This document shows positions 25,142 to 37,832 of a stretch of 64,000 nt of DNA, piece after piece; position 1 is the first letter of the stretch; each line of letters begins with the position of its first letter. Position numbers and translations under genes: made by a program. The stretch is from the NCBI GenBank assembly GCA_002269645.1, contig NIVC01001892.1, positions 1 through 64,000 of the forward strand, written 5' to 3'. The notes beneath the pieces are model-generated. The model saw only the letters and a list, made by a program, of their open reading frames with translations. It searched no databases and was not told where the DNA came from. This stretch comes from Macrostomum lignano (lineage: Eukaryota).

Positions 25142-28100
25142 TTAGCCTTGGGGGTGCGCCCAGTCCCCGCCAGTAGTCGGCAGGTCCGCAGTGGAGGCAT
25201 CGGCGACCCTCATCCGGCCGGAGTCCCGGACGAAGGCGCGGAGGTCTCGGATATTGTCCGCGGTGGTCAGCTCGTCCATCCGCTGGGGGTGGCCGAGGTA
25301 TTTGTGCCGCGCCTTGTTGAAGTAAGGGCAGAAGGTGACGTGATGCTCCGCGGTCTCCTCTCCTATGCCACAGAAGGGACAGGTGGGAGGGCAACCGGTT
25401 TGCAACGATATATGTCTCTGGAAGAATCCGTGGCCGGTTAGGACCATGCACATCTCCCTGAGGTCGGTTCTGTTAAGCGAAATCAGATAATCAGAGACTT
25501 TCCTGTTCAGGTTAGGCATGGCAGAGCGGCTCTGCCTGTACTCGGTGCAGCTGTTCCAGTGGAGCTGGTGCTGCTGATGGAGCCACCTGTTGATATGGCG
25601 GGGGACTTGCGACCTGGGGGTGGGTAGCCTCATCAGACGGTGGTTGCCGTCTGGGTTGCTGCCCTCCTTGGCGAGAGAGTCCGCGAGCTCGTTGCCCAGG
25701 ATGTTGCTGTGACCAGGTGTCCAGATAATTCTAATCCTGTTAAGGACTGAGAGAGATTGCACACTGCGGTGGCATTGAGATACTGTAGCAGCGGAGATAT
25801 TCTCAGTGGTTAAGGCCTTAATAGCAGCTTGGCTATCAGTGTAGAAATTAATGTCAAAATTATTAATGTTCGCCTGAAATAGTTGCTGGGCACACTGCTC
25901 AATGGCGCAAATTTCAGCTTGGAAAACTGAGGTGTTCTCACCGAGGTGCAGACTTTCCTGGAGAAGCATCTTACCCTCGTGGAAAATGGCAATACCTGCT
26001 CCAGCGCGGCCGTTGAACAGCGAGCCGTCGGTGAAGCAGTGAATGCCCTGGCTGCGCCGGTTCACACCGACATCCAGCGGAATGTTGTCTCGGCCAGGGA
26101 TGGCGGTCTTGAAGCCCCTCCTGATGTTGAGGGCGGGAGGTCGACTATCCACATTGCCCAGGTCCATGTGGATGTTGTTAAGGTCGCGGCGGACAAAGTC
26201 CATATGCGGGATTAATGTTTTCATTGGCATAAAGCCAGAGGGCGCGTTATTTAACGTTTTATCTCTGATAAGCCGGGAGGCAGACTTCATAGCCTCCGCC
26301 CTAATAAATAGGTGAAGCGGAGGTAGGTTAAGGATAGTGTTCAGCCCCTCGTAAGGGGTGGACGGGTACGCACCTGTGATGGCACGGCAAATGCTGCCCT
26401 GAAGCTGGTACAGCCGCTGACGGGCGGCCTTCTGCTCCAGCACGCTAGTCCAGATGAGACTCGCGTATGTGATACTGGGCCGGATGATGCCGGTATAAAT
26501 CCAACGGACCGTTCTAGGCGAGAGGCCCCAAGTCGGCCCGATGGCTCTGCGCAGCTGGGCAAAGCAGCGTTTTGCCCGACCGATGACGTTATCAAGGTGC
26601 TTCGTCCAGCGCAGGTCATGCGTTAGCGTCACACCGAGGTATTTGACCTCCTTCTTGAAGGGGATGTTTCTGCCATAGACAGTGAGGTTTTTCATCTCCC
26701 ACTTACGGCGCTTGGTGAAAACGACAGCGACAGTCTTAGTGACGCTGATTTTTAGGCCATGCTGTGTAGCCCAGTCGGCCGCCTTGTCGGCGAATTGCTG
26801 CATCAGGTTGCGCAGAGTGGCGGGGTCGGGTCCGCTGACGACCGCGGCAACGTCATCGGCGTAGCCCGCCCTGGTGATACTGCTGGGAATGTCAGCGGTT
26901 AGAAGTTCGTCCATGACGAGATTCCAGAGAAGTGGAGTTAGCACGCCACCTTGCGGGCCGCCTTTCATCACCGCCCGGGTGAGGGTAACGCCCATAAGTG
27001 TGGATGTCACAAACCTTTTGCGGATCATAAAATAAATCCAGCGAACAATGCTGTGTCTTACATTCCTGCGGGAAAGAGAATTTCTGAAGGAGCGGAAGAG
27101 GACATTGTCAAATGCTCCTTCGAAGTCAACGAACAACCCGCAAGCGAGTTGTTTGCTAAGGATGGCACTCTCAATTTTGGAGGTAATGGCGTGGAGAGCA
27201 TGCTCAGTCGTCCTCCCAGGCTGGAAGGCGTATTGGTACTTACTGACAGGGTCGGAGCGCAGGTCGCACTCTCGAAGCCTCCACAGGATGAGCCTCTCCA
27301 TCAGCTTAACACAAAAGGAAGTGAGGCTGATGGGCCGGAAGGATTTCACGTTGGTGTAGTCACCCTTAGCAGGTTTCGGGATGAACACGACTCTGGACAT
27401 TCTCCAGATTGTGGGAATGTAACCTGTGGTATAACAGTCAACAAGCAATTTAGAGAAAGAATCAGCAAAGTTTTGCAGCTTTAGCGCCTCCTGCAGGATA
27501 CAGGGGGCGATATTGTCAGGGCCAGACGATTTATACGGTTTAAAAGAATTTGCTGCCAGCTGGAGTAGCTGGGGGTGGCGCACTGCTGGAAAAGCTTGTG
27601 ATCACAAGGCCTGTGGTCATCGACCACGTACTCCGGTTCGTCAACCTGCGGAAAGCAGGTGGAGAAAAGAAGATTTAGCGAACCTTCGGCACTGGTAGTG
27701 TAGTTACCATCCAGGTGCAGAAGGGAGTTACACTGAGCTAGCGTGTCGTGCCTGAGAGTCCTGACCAGCCGGGCTGTGGGGTGTTGCCCTTCCAGGCCGG
27801 CGCAGTAGGCTTTCCAGGTGGTCTTCTTAGCCCTTCGGATAGCACTTTTGTACATCCTCAGAGCAGAGTGGTAGTTCTCCCAATCCTCTGGGGTATTCGA
27901 GCCGTTTGCGAGGCGTTGCAGTCGGCGGGTGTTTTTCTTCATGCGAGTGAGCTCTTGACTCCACCAAGGAGAGTATTTCTTCCTGCAAAACAGCTTAGGG
28001 GCGTTAGCGCGTATGGCGGTGTTTAGGATCTCAACGAGGGAGTTGCACCGATGCTCAATGCCAGGGAGATCCTCGCTGGAGTCCGGTAAGTTGGCTTCGG

Positions 28101-28958
28101 TCAGGAGTTTTAGCAGGTCTCTTCGAAAACCTGTCCAGTCGGCCTTTTTCAAATTAAGGCGGTCCCGGTTCTCATGACGGGCTCCGACGGAGCTGATGCT
28201 GTACTGAATGTACGAGTGGTCGGAAAGCGATGGGAGGTCATCCCTAACCAGCCAGCTGTGGACCTGATTGAGGGCGTTGTTGGAGACGAGAGTGAGGTCG
28301 ATAACCTCACGCCGATTAGAGACAATAAATGTGGGTTTGCTGCCTCTGTTGCAAATGTGTAACGAGGAGGAGTTAATGAAATCAATTAGTAAGTCACCGC
28401 GCCTGTTAGTATCGCTACTAGACCAGGCAGTGTTGTGGGCGTTAGCATCGCAGCTAACGATAAGCTTCCGATCCTGGAGATTACAGAAGTCCGCCAGCTC
28501 CTGCAGGAGGGGGGGAGGGACGTCCTCCTGAATGTCCAGGTAAGCGGAAACGAAGGTCAAGTCAAAGACTGAGAAAGTACACATGTCTTTAGAGCAAAAC
28601 ATTGGCATAATAGTGGCCGGGAGGTCGTTTTTGACGAGGGCGATAGCTCTGGGGGTGTCGTTCGCGCAGAGGTACAGAACCTGATAGCCTGGCGGCAGGC
28701 AGGTCGGCTTCCCCTTGCGGGTATACGGTTCCTGAATAAGGTAGATGTCAACTTCCTTGTTGGCAAAGGTGCCTGAAAGGTTGCTAGATGCTGCAAGGGC
28801 GTGGTGCAGGTTGATCTGAATAATGTGCAGGTTAACAGGTTGGTTCGCCGGCGGCGGATTATTTATTTGGTTGCTGGTGGCAGTGTCATCATTGGGCTGG
28901 CCGTTAAGGTTCGCCCTCAGCGCCCCGCTCCTAGTTTGGCACGGGGTTGGGAACGGCA

Positions 28959-28959
<1 letters not shown>
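25142..28959 (-). CDS. LINE ORF2 (APE, reverse transcriptase, RNase H, zinc knuckle), split by a 1-nt frameshift near 27571-27575
   Basis: APE: [27 protein letters not shown]: [27 protein letters not shown]. RNase H: FTDGS, FQAEI, TDSQAA, WTPGH..GNELAD. Knuckle: CPFC-x8-H-x4-C. ORFs 27481-28959 and 25142-27583 join if the G5 run is G6. Confidence 0.93.
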
Positions 28960-29972
<1,013 letters not shown>

Positions 29973-30429
29973 CTACCCTCTGCCACGGTAAACAGCAGAG
30001 AAGCTTTGGGTTGCCGTCTTATCCCAGGATTGCTCCCAGGCGAGGCTCCGGCAGGCCCCCGGTCCACACTCTGCAAGATCAGGGGGCGGGAGGCCGGCTG
30101 CGGGCTTGGGACACAGGCGCCAGGTCGAGTTGACAGCCGACGCCCGAGCCCTCCCCCACAAGAGCGGCCCTCGAGAACCCGTGTGGTACCAGTTGCAACT
30201 AAGGGCTGTCGATGGGTAGTTGGCGCTTAGCCAGCAGCCAACTACTTAGCAGCCACCTGCCCCGCAAAAAAGCAGCAGGGGGGATCCGTCCCCCACCAGC
30301 AGACCAAGACGAGGAAGCTAGCCGCTTCCACGCCAGGCCAGAACGAAAAGGAGGGGGAAGAGCCTCCTCGAAAAACGAAAAGCTGGCGGATGTCACAGAG
30401 TCCCTCGGTTTAAGTTGCCGTTTGCCCCC

Positions 30430-31010
30430 CATCTCAATCCCTACATGTACTTTGATCCCAGCATCTTTATCCCTACATGTACTTTGATCCCAGCATCTTT
30501 ATCCCTACATGTACTTTGATCCCTGCATCCCAATACCTACATGTACTTTGATCCTTGCATCTCAATCCCTACATGTACTTTGATCCCTGCATCTCAATCC
30601 CTACATGTACTTTGATCCTTGCATCTCAATCCCTACATGTACTTTGATCCCTGCATCTCAATCCCTACATGTACTTTGATCCCTGCATCTCAATCCCTAC
30701 ATGTACTTTGATCCCTGCATCTCAATCCCTACATGTACTTTGATCCTCGCATCTCAATCCCTACATGTACTTTGATCCCTGCATCTCAATCCCTACATGT
30801 ACTTTGATCCCTGCATCTCAATCCCTACATGTACTTTGATCCCAGCATCTTTATCCCTACATGTACTTTGATCCCTGCATCTCAATACCTACATGTACTC
30901 CCTGCATCTCAATCCCTACATGTACTGGTAATTTAATCCCTTAATCTTGATCCCTACATGTACTTTGATCCCTGCATCTCAATTCCTACATGTAATTTAA
31001 TCCCTGCATC
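30430..31010. repeat. 32-bp minisatellite, right part
   Basis: Same unit resumes directly after the LINE 5' end. About 18 copies, degenerate at the right end. Confidence 0.95.
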
Positions 31011-32281
31011 TCAATTTCGATTCCTTCTGCATCACCTTTAGCTCTTATTAATCTAGCTTCTCTCTCACCGAAAGTTGCTGCCCCACTCCTCGCAACAAGA
31101 TTTGATATCGCAAGCTGCTTACATGCAGCTCCCTCCTAGTTCATGTTCTACATGGCTGGCACAGTTCTAAGGAGGCTTCTGCCATTCATGTGCAGCACTG
31201 CCAGCCTCACTGCACCTCTCTGCCCATGCAGGTGTATCCTGTGCATAGGGCAGGCTCTGCGGCCTACGCTCGTTCACTCGTGTTCTCCGGCCTTGCCTTA
31301 ATTTGCTTTCAGGGCGCTCCTGGCGGGTATCCAAGTGTCGAATGTCACGGGTGAGGTGAGCGCGCGACCTCTGTGTGCGAACTGGAGCCTAATCAGTGAG
31401 GGCATCATATTGCCCGGCCATTAGCCTATAGCCGATTGACAAGCATTTCTACAGCACCGTATTAGCGCTTAACTGCAGTTCAGTGCGCAGTTTTGCCCCC
31501 CCCCCCTGGCAACTCGTTATCTGCAGAACATGCGCTTGAGAAAGGCGTAGGAGTTTTTGTCGCCAAGCGGCCAAGCGGAGCCATAAAAAACGGTAATTAG
31601 CCTAAACTTGTGGAAAACTGCAGGCAATGTAGCTGCGCTGCCTTGCCAATGGCGATGTCATTTTTTCACAATATTCAAGCAATTGCTTGCTGTTCAGAAC
31701 TCTCCGCATTCCCTGCACTCAGGTCCCGTATTTCTTCACTTTTTTAGCTCTTTCCTCGCGTGTCTCCTGGCAAGTTTGTCTTCTCCCGTGAATTGCTTCA
31801 GTCGAGAGCATCCTCTGCAGAAGCGGAGCAGATCTTCTTGAGCGTCCCGCAGCCATTGGCTCGTGAGGGAATCTGGGTGGGGGGGAGCAGCCCGCGGAGC
31901 GGACAGTCCAGCGCACATCCGGGATCTCCCTGCTCCCTCCCCCACTCAGTTCCCCATCGCTCACCCGCCGTCCCACCAGTCCCTGTGCGCACACAGCCCG
32001 CGTACACTGCTGCACTGGCCTGTAGGAGTAGGCGTGGAATTGGCTGGGGGGGGGGGGGGGGCAGGCCGGCCATAAATGAATCTGCCTGCCCCTAAGGTGA
32101 AGGCAGAGCCACGCCTAGACCCCCCGGTGCAATCCGAATTCGCGGTCTCTCCTAACAAAATCAAATCGAATGGAATGCCTCCTGTTGCATCCTTAGATCT
32201 TCGGCTGCAGCCTCTTCATCTCTTCCAGCCTCTCCTAGAAGCAGCGCCGGCAGCAGCAGCCGTTGACGACGCCAGCCGTCG

Positions 32282-33082
32282 ATGCTGAAGAGGTCGCTGC
32301 TGCGGATCCTGCATCGTCTGCTGTGCCGACGTCGCCCCCTCAGCCTCATGCTGGGCCACCTTCGCCGCTGCGGCCGCTGGCTGGCCCCGCTGCTGCTTCT
32401 GACCGCCGCCACCTGCCTCATCGTCTCAACGGCGCTGACCTCCTCGGCAGCGGCCGCCGCTGCACCGCCTCCGCCAGCGGTACCGCAGCAGCAGCAGCAG
32501 CCGCAACCTCAACAGCAGCAACAAGCTCCGCTTTCTCAGGCTTCAGCAGCAGCTGCATCAAATCGCTCGGCTGCTCAGCCCGCTGAAGTGCTTCAGCAGC
32601 AGCCGTCGGAGCCGCAGGCGCCTTCTCTGAACCGGCAGCCGCTCGCAGTCACCGACTTCCTTCGCCGCGTGGCCGACGCCAGCCATCAGGACCCCGGCGG
32701 CCGGCTGATGAGCTCGCTGCGCTCCAAGCTGCCTCTGCTGAACCTCCTGGCCACCTCCAGCGCCGATCCAAGGAGCCTCTCGGAGCGCGCCAAGGCCTGC
32801 GCCGGCGCCCGCGCCAACCCGTTCGTCCTGCGCTACGTGCAGAACTTCGCCTACGTGCACAACGAGCCGGACCTGTGCGCCGGCCAGCTGCTGCTGCTCA
32901 CCGCCGTGCACAGCAACGCCAAGAACTTCAACAGGCGCGCCACCATCCGCCGGACCTGGGGCTCCCTGCGCTACGTCGGCGCCAACCGCCTGCAGCTGGT
33001 CTTCTTCCTGGGCCTGCCGGGGAACCCGGAGCACCAGGCCGAGATTGACGCAGAGAGTCGCCGGCATCGGGACATTGTGCAG
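32282..33082 (+). CDS. Beta-1,3-galactosyltransferase (GT31), exon 1
   Basis: ATG, type II TM segment (WLAPLLLLTAATCLIVSTALT), Q/P-rich stem, LLTAVHS...RRATIRRTWG...FFLG...AES.RHRDIVQ. Donor GTGAGT at 33083, phase 0. Confidence 0.9.
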
Positions 33083-33109
33083 GTGAGTCTGAGCTGTGCT
33101 TAGGCGTCA

Positions 33110-33855
33110 TTTTCAGCTGCTGGAGTTCATGCGTTTGGCGCCAATTGCAGTCGCTTTGAGTTCATTCGTTTGGCATCGATTGCAGCCGGTTTGAGTTCAT
33201 GCATTTGGCGCCAATTGCAGTCGGTTTGAGTTCATGCATTTGGCGCCAATTGCAGTCGGTTTGAGTTCATACATTTGGCGCCAATTGCAGTCGGTTTGAG
33301 TTCATGCATTTGGCGCCAATTGCAGTCGTTTCGAGTTCATGCATTTGGCGCCAATTGCAGTCGGTTTGAGTTCATGCATTTGGCGCCAATTGCAGTCGGT
33401 TTGAGTTCATGCATTTGGCGCCAATTGCAGTCGGTTTGAGTTCATGCATTTGGCGCCAATTGCAGTCGGTTTGAGTTCATGCATTTGGGGCCAATTGCAG
33501 TCGGTTTGAGTTCATGCATTTGGCGCCAATTGCAGTCGGTTTGAGTTCATGCATTTGGCGCCAATTGCAGTCGGTTTGAGTTTATGCATTTGGCGCCAAT
33601 TGCAGTCGGTTTGAGTTTATGCATTTGGCGCCAATTGCAGTCGGTTTGAGTTCATGCATTTGGCGCCAATTGCAGTCGGTTTGAGTTCATGCATTTGGCG
33701 CCAATTGCAGTCGGTTTGAGTTCATACATTTGGCGCCAATTGCAGTCGGTTTGAGTTCATGCATTTGGCGCCAATTGCAGTCGTTTCGAGTTCATGCATT
33801 TGGCGCCAATTGCAGTCGGTTTGAGTTCATGCATTTGCGCCAATTGCAGTCGCTT
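33110..33855. repeat. 35-bp minisatellite with palindromic core TTGGCGCCAA, in the B3GALT intron
   Basis: Unit gagttcatgcatttggcgccaattgcagtcggttt, about 20 head-to-tail copies, no spacers. Confidence 0.95.
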
Positions 33856-33912
33856 TATTTTCCGGATTGGTGACGCGTGAAGCAACTCACCTCTTATTCC
33901 CCCCCCCTACAG

Positions 33913-34494
33913 CTGGACTACCGAGAGCACTATCGCAACATGTCGCTGAAGCACCTGAGCGTCTACGAGTGGATGATCCTCCACTGCCAGTCGGCGCAAT
34001 ACCTCGCCAAAGTAGACGACGACACCTTCACGGACGTGGTGCACCTAGCTGCGTTTCTGCAGCACAGCCCGCCCGACGGCTTCTACTGCTCCAACACCCG
34101 CGGCGCCAAGCCGCAGCGGCTGAGGCGCGGCCCGAAGGCCAAGTGGGCGGTCAACCGGGCGGAGTTCGCGGCGGCCCGCTACCCCGCCTACTGCGAGGGC
34201 TTCGGCTACGCGGTGCGCGCCTCCCGCCTGCCCGACCTGTACCTGTGCTCTCTGTTCAGCAAGTTCTTCTGGATTGACGATGTCTACGTGACTGGCGTGC
34301 TGGCCGCGGCCGCGAAGGTGCCGCTGGCCGGGTTCTGGGCCGGACACGGGTACACCGGACAGCTGCCCAGCCTGGCGTCCGAGAAGATTCTCGACTACAT
34401 CTTTCTGGTGGCCGATCACAACGAATTCCTGGAGGTTGTCTGGCACCGGCTGTGGCGGTCGGTGCTGCAGTTCAGTCTGGACCTGACGCTGTGA
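33913..34494 (+). CDS. Beta-1,3-galactosyltransferase (GT31), exon 2
   Basis: Acceptor ccctacAG at 33911-12, phase 0. Motifs YRNMSLK, KVDDDTF (DxD), YPAYCEGFGY, FWIDDVYVTG. Stop TGA. Spliced product 460 aa. Confidence 0.92.
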   Translation: MDYREHYRNMSLKHLSVYEWMILHCQSAQYLAKVDDDTFTDVVHLAAFLQHSPPDGFYCSNTRGAKPQRLRRGPKAKWAVNRAEFAAARYPAYCEGFGYAVRASRLPDLYLCSLFSKFFWIDDVYVTGVLAAAAKVPLAGFWAGHGYTGQLPSLASEKILDYIFLVADHNEFLEVVWHRLWRSVLQFSLDLTL

Positions 34495-34570
34495 TGTTTT
34501 TTTACTCCTAGTGCTGGCTGACCGAAAATTGACCGAAAATCCGAAGTTCCACGAATTGGATTGGTTATTC

Positions 34571-34771
34571 AGTGAACAGATTAGCAATCCAGTGAATAGA
34601 TTAGCAATCCAGTGAGCAGATTAGCAATCCAGTGAGCAGATTAGCAATCCAGTGAATAGATTAGCAATCCAGTGAGCAGATTAGCAATCCAGTGAGCAGA
34701 TTAGCAATCCAGTGAATAGATTAGCAATCCAAGTGAACAGATTAGCAATCCAGTGAATAGATTAGCAATCC
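34571..34771. repeat. 20-bp minisatellite (agtgaatagattagcaatcc)
   Basis: About 10 copies. Confidence 0.92.
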
Positions 34772-35302
34772 AATAGCAACAACATCATGGCTTGAAATCC
34801 GAGCGGTGATGTCGCCATAGAAGAGAGATGTAGCTAATCCACTGTTCTCAGTAAGAAGTAGAAGACAACTAGGATATTCATATCATTATACTATGTAAAG
34901 TATGCTCCAACTGCATTGTAATAGACTGCAGTTCATAATCTCAAAGCTGCTAACTGCATGTTTTCTGCAAAAATGTTAAGTAGCAATCTTATCTGCTTGT
35001 TGAACTCAGAGCAGAGCTCATGCTGTGTAGTCGAAACTCCTCCACCACTCTGCTCTGTACTGCATTCCTAAGGCATCCCCAATCTTTCTATGAGCGCTAA
35101 TTTGTTTCATAAAGTACTTTTTTACCCGCCTGCAAGCAAAACATTTTCTTTCCTGTCTGTCTGGTTCAATAAAATCGGGCGGCTTGGCAACTGAAACTGA
35201 TTCATTTCTTTTCCAGAAAATGAGATAATCTCGAATTTTATGCTTTTTATTATCCGGGATTCCGGGACCCAGTTGAGCTCAAAGAAGCCTGCACACTCGG
35301 CC

Positions 35303-35581
35303 TGACTCACAACTGAAAGGTCGGGGTTCGATTCTAGACCCACTCGGAACAATTTGTGTCCTTGAGCAAGATACCTAACCCTGCATTGCTTCAGTTCACC
35401 CAGCTGTAAAATGGGTGCCAGCATTAGCTGGGGTAATTGCGGCTGAGTGTGGCGACCCCCCAGTCCTTGGACTGAACAGCCGTACGCAGCCTTCAGATGC
35501 GCCGCGCAATAGCTGCGGCTGAGCTGTCGGTTGAACATCTGGCCATTAGCACAGGTGTAATCAATTATTATTATAATTATT
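35303..35581 (+). mobile_element. tRNA-derived SINE, 5'-truncated copy
   Basis: B-box GGTTCGATTC, body nearly identical to 56483-56791, (ATT)n tail, A-box missing. Confidence 0.85.
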
Positions 35582-35672
35582 GGTTACTATTATTGTTTAT
35601 TACCTAAGCCAACCAAACAGCACCTGCATGGTTAACGTTTGCAAGCGACACTCTGCTCTGGAGTCTCTGAAT

Positions 35673-36150
35673 CCAGGGGCGTCGCCATGGATTTTGTGGG
35701 GAGGTGGGCAAAGCCAAGAATTCTACATGTAAATGCGTGTATATACTAATTCCTAAATTATTTTGAGAATCCGTGTTGTCAGCGCTCATTCTGGCTCTGC
35801 AGGCACTCATTCTGGCTCTGCAGGCACTCATTCTGGCTCTGCAGGTGCTCATTCTGGCTCTGCAGGCACTCATTCTGGCTCTGCAGGCACTCATATTATG
35901 GCTCTGCAGGTGCTCATTCTGGCTCTGCAGGCACTCATTCTGGCTCTGCAGGCACTCATTCTGGCTCTGCAGGCACTCATATTCTGGATCTGCAGGTGCT
36001 CATTCTGGCTCTGCAGGTGCTCATTCTGGCTCTGCAGACAGGCACTCATTTTAACGCCGCAGGCACTCATTTTGGCGCCGCAGGCACTCATTTTGGCGCC
36101 GCAGGCACTCATTTTGGCGCCGCAGGCACTCATTTTGGCGCCGCAAATGC
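35673..36150 (+). mobile_element. Non-autonomous TIR element (left end) with an internal 21-bp minisatellite
   Basis: Starts ccaggggcgtcgcca. Shares subterminal sequence (aaagccaagaat...ttattttgagaatc.gtgttgt.agc) and the aggcactcatt.tggc.c.gc repeats with 42790-43590 and 47020-47308. Confidence 0.7.
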
Positions 36151-36258
36151 TATGTTTTCACTCGAAAAGGTGAGAAGCAGTGCGAGTTGGTTGTGCCGCC
36201 ATATTTATTGTTACTGAGCAGGTTTTGGTTCATTGAGTACACTGAGGATGTGCTACAG

Positions 36259-36300
36259 CAGAGGTCGGCAAAGTTTTTTTACTTTAAGGGCCAGATAAAG
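36259..36300 (+). mobile_element. Fragment resembling a hAT/Charlie-type transposon terminus
   Basis: cagaggtcggcaaagttttttt...aagggccagata resembles recalled Charlie-family ends (CAGGGGTCGGCAAAC...AAGGGCCAGATA). Only one end is seen. Confidence 0.4.
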
Positions 36301-36329
36301 CACCTAGCTATTGGCTGCGGCCCAGATGA

Positions 36330-36665
36330 GAGCGAAAAGAAGAGAGAATAAGAATAAAGGAAAGAAGAGAAGAGATAAAAAGGAGAGAAGAGAGAGGAGA
36401 GAAGAGAAAAGAGGGAAGAGAAGAGAGAAGAAAGGAGAGAAGAGAGGAGAAAGGAGAAGAGAAAAGAAGAGAGAGGAAGGGGAGAGGAGAGAAGAGAGAG
36501 GAGGGGGAGAGGAGAGAAGAGAAAAGAGAAAAGAGGGAAGAGAGAAGAGAAGAGAGGAGAGAAGAGAAGAGAGAAGAGAAGAGAGGAGAGAAGAGAGGAG
36601 AGAAGAGAGGGAGAGGAGAGAAGAGAGGAGAGAAGAGGGGGCAGAGGAGAGAAGAGAGAAGAGGG
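36330..36665. repeat. Polypurine (GA-rich) low-complexity tract
   Basis: Almost pure A/G on the + strand. A similar tract lies at 43140-43400. Confidence 0.95.
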
Positions 36666-36858
36666 ACATGTCCGCGCCAGGCTGCCCGTTCCTGCCGCAG
36701 GCCAGGAAGTTCATGCCGGTGGAGTCGGTGCCGTTCGGTCCGCCCTGACCGTCGATGCCTGCGGTGGGTTTTGCGGGGGGGGGGGGGTTCGAGCACCGGT
36801 CCTGGCCCCTGTGCACACAGGTTGTTCAAGAACTCGTACGTGACCCTTGGCTGTTACC

Positions 36859-37170
36859 TGCAAAGTACACCGCTGCGCCTCCTCCGCCACCAGCAGCCAG
36901 GAGCAGCTCCGCCTCGGTGTACACGAAGGAGCCTCCGCCTCCGCTGGACACGCAGTTGTCAGAGCAGGCCGGGCTGGCATGCGAGCTGCTCCTGCCCCGC
37001 TGGCCAAGAACAACGGTCAGCACGGTGCCGGCCGAGAGTTTGAAGAACCCGGCGATGCGGGCAACGCGACCTCCTTCGTACAGCTCTGGCTCGGGGTCGA
37101 CGGTTTGGCAGTTGATAGAGCCGCCGCTGGCTCCGAGCGCTTCGATGCGGTAGCAGCCGGTCTGCGGCCT
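36859..37170 (-). CDS. Exon encoding an ALK/LTK-type glycine-rich domain (5' boundary uncertain, inside the 53-bp array)
   Basis: PQTGCYRIEALGASGG...GGRVARIAGFFKLSAGTVLTVVLGQRG...SSGGGGSFVY...LLLAAGGGGGA matches the recalled ALK/LTK GRD pattern. Donor GTAACA at 36858, followed by a 50-nt intron and a further short exon starting at 36808. Confidence 0.72.
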
Positions 37171-37803
37171 GCACGGACCCTGCGGCACCTTCGTGCGGGT
37201 CTGCAAAGTGTCGGGGTGGGGCCGCACGGACCCTGCGGCACCTTCGTGCGGGTCTGCAAAGTGTCGGGGTGGGGCCGCACGGACCCTGCGGCACCTTCGT
37301 GCGGGTCTGCAAAGTGTCGGGGTGGGGCCGCACGGACCCTGCGGCACCTTCGTGCGGGTCTGCAAAGTGTCGGGGTGGGGCCGCACGGACCCTGCGGCAC
37401 CTTCGTGCGGGTCTGCAAAGTGTCGGGGTGGGGCCGCACGGACCCTGCGGCACCTTCGTGCGGGTCTGCAAAGTGTCGGGGTGGGGCCGCACGGACCCTG
37501 CGGCACCTTCGTGCGGGTCTGCAAAGTGTCGGGGTGGGGCCGCACGGACCCTGCGGCACCTTCGTGCGGGTCTGCAAAGTGTCGGGGTGGGGCCGCACGG
37601 ACCCTGCGGCACCTTCGTGCGGGTCTGCAAAGTGTCGGGGTGGGGCCGCACGGACCCTGCGGCACCTTCGTGCGGGTCTGCAAAGTGTCGGGGTGGGGCC
37701 GCACGGACCCTGCGGCACCTTCGTGCGGGTCTGCAAAGTGTCGGGGTGGGGCCGCACGGACCCTGCGGAACCTTCGTGCGGGTCTGCAAAGTGTCGGGGT
37801 GGG
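37171..37803. repeat. 53-bp minisatellite, 12 copies, each with a minus-strand TTTGCAG acceptor
   Basis: Unit gcacggaccctgcggcaccttcgtgcgggtctgcaaagtgtcggggtggggcc. No stop in any minus-strand frame. Confidence 0.95.
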
Positions 37804-37832
37804 GGGCGAAGCAGGTCCACTTTCTCACTCAC

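Noticed and set aside
25050-25161. LOA element as the partner LINE of the SINE
   Set aside because: The 3' sequences and tails differ ((GTAA)n versus (ATT)n/(TCAA)n).
33110-33855. CRISPR-like appearance of the 35-bp palindromic repeat (also the 32-bp array)
   Set aside because: Units are head-to-tail with no unique spacers, there are no cas genes, and the context is eukaryotic intron or intergenic DNA.
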